Source: Rebecca billardiae RCC1528
Taxonomy: Eukaryota > Protista > Haptophyta
Length of the DNA stretch: 64,000 nt
Direction: 5' to 3'
Assembly: GCA_965240325.2 (NCBI GenBank)
Contig: OZ251224.1
Coordinates: 3,844,001 to 3,908,000 of the forward strand
This document shows positions 22,190 through 34,198 of this stretch, one piece after another (position 1 is the stretch's first letter; each line of letters opens with the position of its first letter). Made by a program: the position numbers and the translations under genes. The notes beneath the pieces are model-generated. The model made no database searches, had not been told where the DNA came from, and was given only the letters and a program-made list of their open reading frames with translations.

Positions 22190-23770
22190 CTAACACTTGC
22201 GTTTGATCTCGGTCAGCCCGCTCACTGCAGCGCCGTGGGAGGAGCCCTCGAATATGCGAGCAGGCGTGCCCCCGGGCAGGTGTGCCAAGCCGTACTCACG
22301 CGCGATCTCGCGGACCGCCTCGGCCGCCGCGGCCGAATCGTCCGTGAGCACACACACGGTGCCACCGCTTCCCCCGCCGGTGATCTTGGCCCCGTACACA
22401 CCATGCGCAGGTCCATGCGCGCGGGCGCGGCGCACAATGTCATCGGTGGCATCTGCGCCCAGACCGCAGGAGGAGTACGAGCCGTGCGACTGGTACATGA
22501 GCTCGCCGAGGGCACTGAGCTGGCGCTCCGACGGCGGCGCGCGCAGGAGCTGCTCGTACAGCTCGACGCGCGCGTGCTCGAAGATCGGGTGCGACGCGGC
22601 CGCGCACACGGCGTACTCGCGAGAGGCGTCGACGGCCGTGACCGCGTCGCCGTGGCCCTCCGGGTGAGCGGCGATGAACGCGGCACCCCTCATCGCCGCG
22701 GGGAGCACGCCGGCGAGTCCGAGGCCGAGCTCGGAGGGGCTCACCTGCGTGAGGTACTGGAGCTGGTCGGCGCGCTCCGCCTGGCCGTGCGAGCGCAGGT
22801 GCGCCCGGATGAGCGCGAGGCCCATGAACGCAGCCGCGCGCACGGTGCCATAGTCTGAGCCGCCGACCGAGTGACGCACGCCAGAGTCGATGCCCCACAG
22901 CCGGATGTGCGGCGGGATGGGCACGTGGCCCTCGAGGTGCGCAGGGCGGCACGAGAGCACCATCAGCGCGTCGCGCTCCCCCGTCGACGACACCATCTGG
23001 TCCATCACTCCGCACGGCGCACCGACGACCGCGTTCTCGGCCCGCTGCGCGAGCAGCGCGAGCGTGACGGCATCCTCAAGCAGCGCGTGCGCGCCAAAGG
23101 CGTAGGCGAGGGCGCGCATGCTCGCCACCTCGAGGGCCGCCGACGAGCTCACGCCCTTACCCTCGGGCACCGCCGACGCGATGAACACCTCGAGCCGCTC
23201 GGCGCCGGCTGCCAGCTCGGGGCAGCCGAGGGCGACCTGGTCGGCGGTCGAGCCGCCGTGCGGACGCACGTGGCCCTCGTGCAGCAGCACGAGTAGCACG
23301 CCCACGACGTACGCCGCCCAGTGCTCGCTCTTGGGGCGCGCGCGGAACAGCGCCGCGCACGCCGCGTAGTCGATTGGCGCGAGCGTGCCGTCCGGCTTGG
23401 TGACGAGCAGGGCGGAGAGCGGGAGGCGAAACTCCTCGCCTCGCACACCGTCGCGCGTGGCTCCGGCGTGGCTGGTGACCACCACCTCGGCGGATGTGTC
23501 GGACGAGGCGCGAAGGCGACGCACGGCGGCTTGGCACGCCTCCTGCAGTGGCAGCTGCAGGACGAGTGCACCAGAGTAGTCGGCGATGCCGCCCATCACA
23601 TCGAGCCGGCCTGGGGCCCGCGCCCAGACGAGAGCGCCGTCGTCGCCGCCAGACAACCACGACCGCGGCAGGTGCGCCAGGAAGGAGTTGAGATCCCAGT
23701 GCTCGACGATCGTGGGGTCTTCCGATCTGCCCAGTATGGGGGTCATGCACCACCTCGTTGATGGATCCAT
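22190..23770 (-). CDS. GHMP sugar kinase similar to the L-arabinokinase (ARA1) kinase domain / galactokinase-like
   Basis: ARAPGRLDVMGGIADYSG, VPEGKGVSSSAALEVA, GAPCGVMDQM and GAKITGGGSGG. The start is uncertain. Confidence 0.88.
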   Translation of the reverse strand: MDPSTRWCMTPILGRSEDPTIVEHWDLNSFLAHLPRSWLSGGDDGALVWARAPGRLDVMGGIADYSGALVLQLPLQEACQAAVRRLRASSDTSAEVVVTSHAGATRDGVRGEEFRLPLSALLVTKPDGTLAPIDYAACAALFRARPKSEHWAAYVVGVLLVLLHEGHVRPHGGSTADQVALGCPELAAGAERLEVFIASAVPEGKGVSSSAALEVASMRALAYAFGAHALLEDAVTLALLAQRAENAVVGAPCGVMDQMVSSTGERDALMVLSCRPAHLEGHVPIPPHIRLWGIDSGVRHSVGGSDYGTVRAAAFMGLALIRAHLRSHGQAERADQLQYLTQVSPSELGLGLAGVLPAAMRGAAFIAAHPEGHGDAVTAVDASREYAVCAAASHPIFEHARVELYEQLLRAPPSERQLSALGELMYQSHGSYSSCGLGADATDDIVRRARAHGPAHGVYGAKITGGGSGGTVCVLTDDSAAAAEAVREIAREYGLAHLPGGTPARIFEGSSHGAAVSGLTEIKRKC

Positions 23771-24390
23771 CTCCGGCAGGCGCACGTCGTGCTCGGAGTT
23801 CGGGGGGTTGCCGGCAAGCTCGCTGATGCAAGCACCGATCGTCTCGCACCCGACCGAGGCCGACAGTCGCCGCGACTTGTAGTCTATTTTCGTAATTGTA
23901 TTTTCTTTTCGAGATCGAATCGAGGGACGAATTCTTTTTTGCCACGCTGCAGTCGTCGCCAGTCGCCGTCGGCAGCGGCGGTCAGAATCGAGGATTCGAG
24001 GGCACGCGGCGCGTCCCTGGCTCGCACGCGCAAGCACCTCAGGGTCGCACATGCACTATGCGTGTCTATTGCATTAGATCTGACACGTGCATTTCACCCT
24101 ATGCAGCCTCACTTGCACCTTCCACCACAGCATACTCAACACTCGACCAGTAGCTCAGTTCCGTGTCGGGACCGTCTACTACTGTCTATCGTCGCCCATC
24201 ACCGCAACCTGTGGGACGTAGTGAGTTTCTTGCCATGCTGTTGGTTGATGACGACAGCGCGCATGGCTTATTCAGAGTTTCTTGTCGCGACCTGTGCTGC
24301 CACGGAAACGGCGAAAGCATTGAGTTACACTGTGGCTCAGAATGCAAGAATTTACTGTAACCACTCTTCCCAAGCCGCAGGGTTATTAAG

Positions 24391-24518
24391 CCAGACTTGG
24401 CAGTGAGTGGCTGAGTGCACTCAGTCCCGGACTCTGCACGCACTCACTCGTCGGCGGGCCTGACGCAGCCGGAATCGGCACGCACTCACTCCAAACCCTC
24501 ACTCACTGCAAAGTCTGG
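24391..24518. mobile_element. Tiny (~130 bp) TIR element or MITE relic
   Basis: CCAGACTTGGCAGTGAGTG and CACTCACTGCAAAGTCTGG form an 18/19 inverted match, with internal GCACTCACTC repeats. Confidence 0.55.
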
Positions 24519-25104
24519 TTACCGTAAGCCCAGTCCAAAAGCACTGACAGTCGGACTGTCGGTCCTCACTTCATAGGCACAGGACCGGCGTCGTGAGCAC
24601 TTGTAGTTTCGCAAGCCCGTGCTGCGCGCCCCTGCATCACGCGTGCTATGCGTGTGCTTCTCTGCACCCGATTGTCTCTTCAAGCAGCGCCAGCTCCGTG
24701 GCGGCAGCAATGATTGAGCGTGTAGCTGGTGAGAGCGACCATTCGGACCAAGCTTTGAGCGAGGCCAACTTCTGTCTGTCCGTGTACGATAACCATCAAC
24801 TGCCGCGCAGTCTTCCATGCCGATTCGTGGCCTGAATAGCTGATAATGAGCGCGCGTGCAAGGGCGGAGTATGCTGAATCAGTGCCTGTGCTACGCGTCT
24901 GAAGAGAAATCAGCACCCTGCAAGGGCTGGCGGCGAGAGCCACCGGGGAGTGCTCCGAGCACGGGCGTGAATGATGTGCGGACTGCATGCATGCATCAGA
25001 TGTCGTGAACTGTGCAGGGAAAGGTCAGGACGGACGCCTCGGCGGCCGGTCGGAACCATACGATGAGACAACGACCGACTTCGAGGTGTCCGACTCGTGA
25101 CGCC

Positions 25105-25698
25105 TCAGGCGGCGACAGCCTTCTCGGCGGCGGCCTTGTCCACCGCGCGCGTCATGCGCTTCTTGGCCGGGCAGTCCTCGCCGTCCGCGTCCGCCGACGC
25201 GCGCTTGCTGTTCGGCACCTTCTTCGCGGGCGGCGGGGTGACGTTCTCTGAGTTGGGCTCGGCGGGCTCCTCATTGTCCTTGGGCTGATCTGCGCTCGGC
25301 GCTGCCTGCATCTCCTCGTCGGCTGTCGCGGGCGCGGCAGAGGCTGGGGTGGCGTCCGCGGCGCCCGCAGGCGCGCTCTCAGCCGCAGGAGCCTCGTCCG
25401 CGGCGGCCGGAGAGGAAGTGGTCGGTGCCGCAGCAGGCATGGACGTGTTCGCCGCGCCGCCCTCCGTCGCCGGCTCCGCGCTGTCCTCCTTGTCCTTTGC
25501 CTCCGGAGCCGTGGCCGGCGTCTTCGCCGTCGGCGCGCCCTCGTCCTTGTTGTTGGCCTTGATCGAGTCCGGGCCGAGCGGGGCGTCGGTGTCGGTCGGC
25601 GCCGTCTCCTTGGTCGGCTCTGCGACAGGCGCTGCGGTCACGGCCTCGCCCGTGTTCACGTCCTGCGAGGTCGCCTCGATCGTTGAGCTCGTCGTCAT
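25105..25698 (-). CDS. Acidic, disordered Ala/Glu/Thr/Pro-rich protein with C-terminal NLS-like motifs
   Basis: ATG 25698, with PPAKKVPNSKR and PAKKRMTR. It is the divergent partner of the PRT gene. Confidence 0.6.
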   Translation of the reverse strand: MTTSSTIEATSQDVNTGEAVTAAPVAEPTKETAPTDTDAPLGPDSIKANNKDEGAPTAKTPATAPEAKDKEDSAEPATEGGAANTSMPAAAPTTSSPAAADEAPAAESAPAGAADATPASAAPATADEEMQAAPSADQPKDNEEPAEPNSENVTPPPAKKVPNSKRASADADGEDCPAKKRMTRAVDKAAAEKAVAA

Positions 25699-25896
25699 GG
25701 TCTCGGCGGGTGAGGAGGACGCGAAGGCGGTTGGACAGAGGACGACCAGTGGACGACGGCGGGCGCAGCGCGCGCGCACTGGCCAGCGAGCGCTCGAGCA
25801 CTGGTCCGGCTCCAACGAACTGGTGCGCAGAAAGTCCGGATGCGGCCGAAGAGCCGATTTCGTCCCGGTCGATTTGACGCAGGCCCCAGCGACACG

Positions 25897-26744
25897 ATGC
25901 AGGCCAAACAGTCGCCCGCGGGCAAGGCGCAGCGCGCCATCGCCACGGACGGCAAGACCTACTTCTCCTACGCGCAGATCCACGCGACGGTGTCCGCAAA
26001 GGTCGACGAGGTTCGCGCCTTTAAGCCGGACGTGATCGTCGCCATCGGAGGTGGCGGGTTTATTCCAGCGCGCATGCTGCGCACGGAGGTGCGCGTGCCA
26101 ATTGTTGCGATCTCGCTCGAGCTGTACGACGACAACACGCGCTCGGCGAACACGACGGTCATCAAAAAGCAGTGGTTCGACGAGAACTCGGGCGCTGGAC
26201 GGCTCGTGCGTGGCCACCGCGTGCTCATCGTCGACGAGGTCGATGACACGCGCGCCACGCTGCAGTACGCCGTGGAGGAGCTGATCCGCTCGAACGGGCC
26301 GGCGGCGGTGGCGACGTTCGTCGTGCACGACAAGCTCAAGCCGAAGAAGGGTGTGATGCCCCCCAACGTACAGATCATCGTGGGCGAGGAGGTCCCGGAC
26401 AACTGGAACTGCTGTGCGCGCAGCGCGGTCGGCGCGCGCCACCGGGTCACCGGGATCGGCGTGTGCGTGGGGTCAGCGCAAACGTGCGACGTGGAGCTCA
26501 CCAGGCGCCCGGCCCCTGCCCCCTGCCCACTGCGACTATGCGCGTCGCTTCAGATCCGTGGGACGCGGCGGCGTATGGGCGCGACATCTACGCGCACGAG
26601 GAGCTCGCGCGATGGTGCGGCGGCGAGACAGACACCAAGCCATGCGGAGAGGGCGGCGGTTGGGCTGCTGCCACCTTTGCAGTCGGTGCGCTCGCTGGAG
26701 CGGCGGTGGCAATGGCCATCGCGCGGAGCGGGCTTGCGTCGTGA
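25897..26744 (+). CDS. Xanthine/hypoxanthine-guanine phosphoribosyltransferase (type I PRT), intron 26414-26553
   Basis: IVAIGGGGFIPARMLR and the PRPP loop VLIVDEVDDTRATL. Splicing gives NWNCYPWD. It ends in a hydrophobic C-terminal tail. Confidence 0.88.
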
Positions 26745-27021
26745 TATCCTTCGCGATGTCAGTTACCATCGCATGATCTGGCTCGTGGGCTGTCCCATCG
26801 AACTCCGTGCTCGGCCGTTGAGGCCACTATCTACTCGGTACTCCGATCAATAGACGCCCTGCCCCTCGGACTCAGCCTCAGACTCTCAGCCACTGAGACT
26901 GGAGTCGACTGGATCATGGACACCGTTGCCGTTGGCGTTGTCACACTCAGTCACACTGCGGGCATCACTGAGGAGACTCGATGAGGCGTGCGCCATGCGC
27001 CCATATGCGGCAAGTATAGCA

Positions 27022-27136
<115 letters not shown>

Positions 27137-27625
27137 TGAGACTCAAGTACTAGTCATACTTGTACGGTCCGTACTTCCGCGCCATAATCCCATATCACAT
27201 ATGCCGCGGCGGACGAGGTCGAGACTTGAGTGCGGAGTGGCCCATCGGAGTCGAGTGCCGGACTCGGAGTCGGAGTGCGGGATCGACGGGGAGTGCCGCC
27301 GTGCCGGAGTGGCGTCGAGTCGTCGCGTCGACTCAGGTCGAGTACAGCCGTGCCCGTAGTAGAAGTAGCTAGTCGCGTCATCATCTATAATAATAATAAT
27401 TCAATTCATCACTTCATATCCGTACGAGCAGTCGGACCGAGTGACAGTGAGTCCGAGCGTAGCTACTGGCAGTAGCGGCTATCTCAGAGGGCTTTGGGGA
27501 GGCCGCTAGATATCAGAGTCAGGCGGGGCGTCACACGGCTACACAATGACCAGTCCACTCGACCACTCGGACCAGTCGCCTGCAGCCCTGCAGGACGCGC
27601 GGCCCACCCACGCAGCGGACGCAAC

Positions 27626-30600
27626 TCAGAGGCGGCGCAGGCCCTCCATCCAGCGCCACCGTGTCGCGAGCAGCTGCGCGACGGCGTAGCCCACGCCCGC
27701 CGCGCCCGCGAGCAACTCCGCGGGCGTGTCGCTCAGGACGAGGGGCAGCACGCACAGCGGCGCGAGGCACGCCGTGCGCAGCTGCGGCTGCGGCCGCGCC
27801 GTCCACACGTACCGCAGGAAGGCGGCGTGCGAGGGCGCCGTGAGCGCGGCCATGGTCAGGTGCAGCGCGACTGGCCACGCTGACGTGCGCAGCGGCGCGT
27901 GCGAGAGCGAGGCCGCGCGGAGCGTGCGGCCGAGCGCGCCGAGGGAGTGGAACGCGCAGGCGAAGGAGACGGCGGCGCACGGGGCGAAGTAGGTGCGGTG
28001 CGGCGCGAGCCACGCGCCCAGCCCCGGGGAGGCGCGAAGCAGCAGCAGCACGGGCGCGAGGGCCGCGACGCTCCAGACGCCTCCGCCGGCGGCGCGCGTG
28101 TGCACCGCCACGCCAAGGGCGAAGCCGACGACGCACGCGAGGTTGCCCGTCGGCGCCGCCTGGGGCGCGGGCGTGGCGAAGTGCGCGGGCGGCGGGCACG
28201 CGCGTCGCGCGCGGCGCGCATGAGAGGGTGGCGCTCGTCGCGTCGGCCGCGCGCGCGTGTGCGTGCGGTGCGTGGCCGTGCGCGCGGCTGCCGCACAGGT
28301 GGGGCGACGAGAGCGTGCGCCGTGCGGCCGAGTGCGACCGAGCCTCCGGGGCGGGTGCGCGGCGGCGCCACGTCCGGCTGCATCTTGACGAGCAGGGCGA
28401 GGGTCGTGTTGAGCCCTGCGCGCGCGCGGGGGCGACGCGTCGCGGCCGGCGCGCGGCCCGGCGCGCGCGCGCGCGCGCACGCGCCGAGCGCAGGCAAGGG
28501 CGCAGTGCAGTGCGCTGCTCAGCGCCGGGGATGCGGCATGGTGGCGCGGAGGCGCGCGAGGGGGTGCCGCGCGTACCGGCTCCGAGCGCGAGCGCGGCGA
28601 CGCGCACGCGCTCAGCGCCGTCCGCGCGCAGCTGGCGCGCAGAGACTGGCACGAGGTGGCCGACCGCGCAGCACGCCACCGCGACCAGCGCCAGAGCGCT
28701 GAGGTGAGCGAGCTGGAGGGCGCGCGCGCCGGCGAGCGGCGCGCGCGCGAGCGAGAGCACGGCGCCGTGCGCCGCGCACGTGCACGAGAGGAGCGCGTAC
28801 GCGATGCGCGAGGGCGGCACGCCGAGCGCGCCGCACGCCCACAGACCCCCCAGCGCGCCCAGCCCGCCGCCGGCGAGCGCGGCCGTCGACGGGTGCAGCC
28901 CTCGCTTGGGCGCCCACAGGGCGCCCGCGCCCGCGGCGCACAGCGCCGTGAGCAGCGCCCACGGCGGCCAGAGCAGCAGCCGCGGCGCCTCGCCGCGCGT
29001 GAACGGGCGGCCCGGGTGCAGCAGCGTGTGCTCCACCGAGTGCAGCAGCAGCGGCAGATCGAGGCACGGCTGCACCGCCCACACGCACGCGCTCATGCCG
29101 AGCGCGAGGACCGTCAGCCGGCGCGCGTGCGCGGCGCGCGGCGCGTGCCGCGTGAGCGCCGCCGCGGCCGACGTCGCGGGCAGCGCGAGGACGAGCGCGA
29201 GCGTCGTCGCGCCGGTTGGCCGCGCGCCGCAGAGCAGCTCGGCCAGAGGCGCGAGCGCGCTCTCGCGCCCGAGCACCGCCGCCACCGTCGTCGCGAGCGC
29301 ACCGAGCGCGACGTGCGCCGGCGCCGCCTCGCCTCGCTCGAACGCGCACAGCGGGTACGCCCAGCAGAGGAGCAGCAGCCAGAGCGCGGGCGCGGAGGCG
29401 GCGCTCGCGCTCGAGGCGACGCCGGGGAGCAGCAGCGCCAGCTTGGCCAGGTACCCGCACGCGACCGCTGCGGTCAGCCCGCCGCCGCCGTGCGCGCCGG
29501 CCGCGTCCGCGCCGCCGCCCGAGGAGCCGCGCGCGGCCGCGCTGCCGCCCAGGGCGCCGCGCGCGGCCGCGGCGGCGGCGGCGGCGCCGCCGCCACGCGC
29601 CGCCACGCCCGCGGCGCGCGCTCGCTCGACCGCGAGCGCGCCCGCGCCCGCGAGCGAGGTGGCGAGCACCAAGTAGTCCGGGTACATGAGTCCGGCCGGT
29701 TGCGCGGTGTGCAGCACGTACTCACACAAGTAAAGCGGCGGCAGCACCGCGCCCAGCAACGCGGGCGCGTGCGAGGGCGGCGCCGGCCGCGCGTGCGTGC
29801 GCGCGTGCGCGCGCGCGTGCACGTGCCACGCGAGCGCGGACGCCGCGGCGTGCACACCGAGCAGCACGCCGAGCACCACCGCGTGCAGGGAGACGCGCGC
29901 GCCGCGCGCCGCGCCGAGCTCGAACTGAAAGTGCACGGGCCAAAGCACGCGCCGCGCAAACGTGAGGGCAGTCAGGTCGACGCCTGCGACCGCGGCGGCG
30001 AGGAGAGGCGGCGAGGGCCGCTCGGACGCGGCGAGCGCGTAGTTCGCCGAGAAGGCGACGACGGCGGGCACCGGCGCGAGGATCGCGGGCATCCCCACGC
30101 ACCACGCGCCGAGCGCCGCGCCGAGCGCGTGCATTGGCGCGCGCACGCGCACGCTCGGCGCGCCGACCGCCTCGAGCAGCGACGGCAGCGTGGCCGCGCC
30201 GAGCGCGACGCCCGTGCCCACGACGTCGACGGGCGCGGGGACGGCGACGTAGTGGTGCAGGCTGCCGAGCAGCACGCGGCGCCACACGTACGTCGCACCC
30301 ACCACGATCGCAAGCACGCGCAGCGCGGCCGACGCCGCGCGCGGCGCGCGCGCGCCCGGCGCCGCGCTCGCGCGGCCCTCTGCGCGCGCCGCCGAGTCCG
30401 GCGCCGACGCGCCGCCTGCGCCGATCGCGCGCAGCGCGGACTGGTCGAGGAGCCACCAGAACGCGTGCTCGGGGCGCAGCGCGGAGAGGAGCGCGGCGGG
30501 CAGCGCGACCGTCGCGAGCACGTCCAGCGCGCCGCCGCCGCCGCCGCCCATCGCGCCGCCGCCCACGTCGGCGACGAGCGCGCGCAGCCGTCCGTGCAGC

Positions 30601-31328
30601 AGCGCGTCAAAGCCCGCCGGGCCGAGCAGCGCAAAGGCGAGCTGCAGGGCGGCGGTCTGCCGCGGGCACGCCGTCGGCGCGTCGGCGGCGGAGCGCACGC
30701 GCGCGAGCGACGCGCGCACCGGCAGCCCGCACAGCGTGAACGAAAGGCTGAGCCACGCGCCGAGGTAGAGGGGCGCGCGCGAGGGCGCGTCCGCCGCGAG
30801 CGCGCCCCACGCGACGATCGGCGCGCTGAGGAAGGGCAGCACGGCGAAGAGGGCGCGCTCGGCGAGGAGCGCCTCGGCTGGGAACGCGTCCACCAGCGAG
30901 CGGAAGCTCATGCTGCCCCACGCGCCGACGAGCGCGCAGAACGCGCCCACCTGCCAGCCGAGCATCAGGCCGAGGGCGGAGAAGCCAAACTCGGCGAGCG
31001 CGTTGATCATGTGGCCGAGGGCGAGCGAGAGGAGGGTGCCCCACAGGGCGGCGAGCGCGCCCTCGCGCAGCCGCGAGAGGTCGAGCGCGTACGTCAGCAG
31101 CACGCCGAACACCGCCAACCCAACCAGGGTGCCGCCACCGGCGGCGAGCAGCACGAGCTCGCACGGCGCGACGAGCGCGGCGATGCGGGCGTTGTGCGCA
31201 AACACGCCGGTGGGCGAGAGCACGCGTGCGGCGACACCGCGCGCAGCGCCCGCCGTGCCCGCCGCGCGAACGTCGGCGCCCGCATCGGACGCCTCTGCGC
31301 TCGCGCGCTCCGCGACTGCGCGGCGCAT
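27626..31328 (-). CDS. NO EXINE FORMATION 1 (NEF1)-like polytopic membrane protein; intron 28416-28576 and a second intron at ~28160-28330
   Basis: N-terminal SPTGVFAHNARIAALVAPC...GGGTLVGL...LLTYALD resembles plant NEF1. Many TM segments, and YPDYLV. The second intron donor is uncertain. Confidence 0.7.
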
Positions 31329-31606
31329 GGTCGAGAGCGCAAGCAAGCTTGTGAGGTTGGAGCTCCGAGAGCACGATGGCGCCCCCGCGCCGAGAGAATT
31401 TATGGGAGAAACACCAGACGAAATGATTTTTGGAGGAAAAAGAGCGAGGCGACGACGACGACGTGCCTGCCAAGCTTGCTTGGTACCGAAAGGTCGTCAG
31501 AAAAACTGAGCGAGAACGGCGCGCCGCCTGCAGTGCAAAGCACTTGCATCTGCGCGAGCGACGAGAAAGAGGTGCCCGCCTTGCGCGCGGCGCATCCCGA
31601 CGAGTG

Positions 31607-32371
31607 ATGGGCAACGCATGCGGCCCTCGACGGCCACGGGAGGACGAGCTGCAGCTGGACCCGCATGGTGACAACGCCTCGCGGCGCGCCTCCACCGAGG
31701 CGGACGAGGAGACGCTCGGAGGGGTCGACGTGAACGGCGCGCCCCTGGGCAAGGATGGGGAAGACCGCCCGAGGCGTGACCGCGAGCACAGATACTCTCA
31801 GAACGGGAGCGAGGTCGGCAGCTCGCAACAGGGCGGGATCAGACGACGGCACACCGAATCCACCACGTTCGACAAGGAGGGTCACGCGAGGGACCCGTAC
31901 CTGAGCGTCGGCGTGGGCGCGCTTGCGCTGCTCCTCTTTGCCGTGCTCCCACTGGTCCTCCTCGCGACGCTGAGCCAAGGCGGCGGCAAGGTCGAGGGAG
32001 CAGCGGGCGTACCACCCTCACCCGCGCCGCCGCCGGCGTGGCAGATCGCCCTGCGCGAGGTCGAGGCGCAGATGAGCGAGCTGCGGGCAACTTCCGGCCA
32101 GGAGTCGGATGACGACGCGCCTGCTGACACCGGCGATGCCGAGGCTGCCGCGATGGACGGCGGCACCGAATCGGCGGGAGGCTCTGCGGATGGTGCCACG
32201 CCCACTCCGACGCCTACGCCCGCGTCGGTCGGGGCAGGGACCGACGCTGGGAGCGGCGACGTGGAGCCTGCCCCCACCGAGCCCGATGATGGCCCTGACG
32301 ACGCGGCGGCACAGGAAGCGGCCGCGGCCGAATCTTCTGACGCCACGTCTGGTGCTGCAGCAGAGCCGTGA
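31607..32371 (+). CDS. Hypothetical single-TM protein with an N-terminal MGxxC acylation-like motif
   Basis: MGNACG start, TM segment VGVGALALLLFAVLPLVLLA, and an acidic disordered C-terminus. Confidence 0.6.
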   Translation: MGNACGPRRPREDELQLDPHGDNASRRASTEADEETLGGVDVNGAPLGKDGEDRPRRDREHRYSQNGSEVGSSQQGGIRRRHTESTTFDKEGHARDPYLSVGVGALALLLFAVLPLVLLATLSQGGGKVEGAAGVPPSPAPPPAWQIALREVEAQMSELRATSGQESDDDAPADTGDAEAAAMDGGTESAGGSADGATPTPTPTPASVGAGTDAGSGDVEPAPTEPDDGPDDAAAQEAAAAESSDATSGAAAEP

Positions 32372-32787
32372 CCGGGCAGTCGCACGCGCTGCATTCAAAG
32401 CGCCCCTGACAGTCGGAGCGGGTGCTGCGCGAAGTGCGGTGCTTGCAGCTTGTGCCCCAGCCCCTGTTGCTACGGTCCTCGTCTGCCGTCAGGCTGCGTC
32501 ACGGTCTGACGCACCATTCACCATATTGTCACTGTCATTCTCAGAATCCGGGAGCAGCTATGACCGCGTTCCGCGGTCCTTTTCCGTAGAACGAACGTAG
32601 TTCAGGGCCCGCGGTGGCGGTGCACCCTCCATCGCAGTCGTCTATTGACAGACCCGGAGTTGCATGCCCGTACAACTAGACTCCAGCGGCGCGCCGCCGC
32701 CCGCCGCGCCCGCGGCCCGGGGCGCGGGCCCATCGGCGCACTTCGCAGCCGCCGGCGCGGCGCCGATTGTGTACAGGCGGATGCGAC

Positions 32788-33096
32788 GAGGCGTGATCGA
32801 CGCATGAGCGCGACTCCACGTGCACGCCAGGCCACGCGAAGCTGACAGCCAGGGAGCACGGTGCGGGGCCGCGGATTCGTTCGGGCCGCTGCTGCTGACT
32901 GACCGCTGTCCCGCCGCGGGTCACCGCGCACCGCGGCAGCGCCAGGATAGTTAGGTGATTTGCACTGGTCCGAGTAGGGTTCGATCAGCGCCTGCGCGAC
33001 GGCCGACAGGCGGGCGCGAGGCGTGATCGACGCATGAGCGCAACTCGACGTGCACGCCAGGCCACGCGGAGCTGACAGCCCGAGGGAGCACGGTGC
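32788..33096 (+). repeat. ~78-bp direct repeat, two copies (~32788-32864 and ~33018-33096)
   Basis: GAGGCGTGATCGACGCATGAGCGC..ACGTGCACGCCAGGCCACGCG.AGCTGACAGCC..GGGAGCACGGTGC occurs twice. Confidence 0.85.
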
Positions 33097-33934
33097 TGAG
33101 GTCGGAGGTGCGACTGGGCACCAGTCACAGATCGTTCGCGCACGCCGCGCGTGCACGGGCTGACACACCTCGATCAGGCTCGGCACGCGTTGCAGAGGCA
33201 CAGCCAGCTCTGGGGACGTCACGCACCACCGTCGCCCGCGCAGCTCGTCCTCCTCGTAGAGTACCGTTCAGTTCCGAGGCGTAGCCCTCGCTCAGAGTCG
33301 ACCGGTCGACGATGGACTCGGATCGTCGGCGCTCCCCGGAAAGGCATGGCAAGGGCGGCGCGTGGTGAAGTCGAAGACTCAGAGATCGATCAGTCCGGCA
33401 TCAGGCGCCGCTGCCCCCGAGCTTGCGAGAGCCCGAATACAGGGCGGCTGCCGCGGCGCGGCCGGGGCGCCGCGGCGCCGACCGGCGCGCGGCCGCGCGC
33501 AGGCATCGACACGGGGCGGCGGGGGCGCGCGGAGTGAGCGGGGGCACGAACGCGATGTCGACGGCAGTCGGGACCCGCCGCAGCCGCGCGCTCCAGGCGC
33601 AACTCGCCGCGCGCACCTGCCCATCGCCGTCCTCACCCGTCGGTCGCTCGTCAGCTCGCCTCATCCTCTCGCGGTCTCGCCGCAGCCGTGGCGTAGAAAA
33701 CGCGGGCCCGCCGGCGCCCCGGCTCCCGCTCCGGTGTCAGATAGTATTGAGATTCGCCGAGGTTGGCCCATCGGCTACTGACCCTTGCCTCGTCGGCTCC
33801 TGATACAGACACGGCGCGATTGAATAGTTGATTCAACTGATTCAAGGGACGTACATGGTCACATCGGTTCGCGGCAATCTCTATCTAGATACGTCATCGC
33901 TCCTTGGACCTTGCTGCAATCTCATTGGCCGGAA

Positions 33935-34198
33935 AAATCGCTTGTAACGGTTCGTTACGTTAGGGATCCTAAAGGGCGTGAAGTTTTTTGGACGGGCGTC
34001 ACTCCACGCTTTACTATGAACTTGCCGTGGGCGCGACCTTTTTCGGCCGTGATGCATGTTAGAGAGGGTCTCAAAATTCGAAACTCGGTCTCCTCCAGCC
34101 ATGAAAATCGTCCCCCGTCCCTTTTTTCTTGATCAAAGATCTTTTTGAAACGTTGTTCGGGCCCGCTGGTGCGGGCTCCACGCTGCGCGCTCCGCCCT
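33935..34198 (-). repeat. Uninterrupted copy of the dispersed repeat at 19772-20580
   Basis: Reverse-complement match to 19772-19908, and weakly to 20455-20580. Confidence 0.7.

Noticed and set aside
28656-31607. 983-aa Arg/Ala-rich plus-strand ORF
   Set aside because: It is the antisense shadow of the NEF1-like gene.
32940-33000. tRNA/SINE-like B-box (GGGTTCGATC); similar GGTTCGATG at ~44754
   Set aside because: I could not build a cloverleaf or a convincing A-box and acceptor stem.
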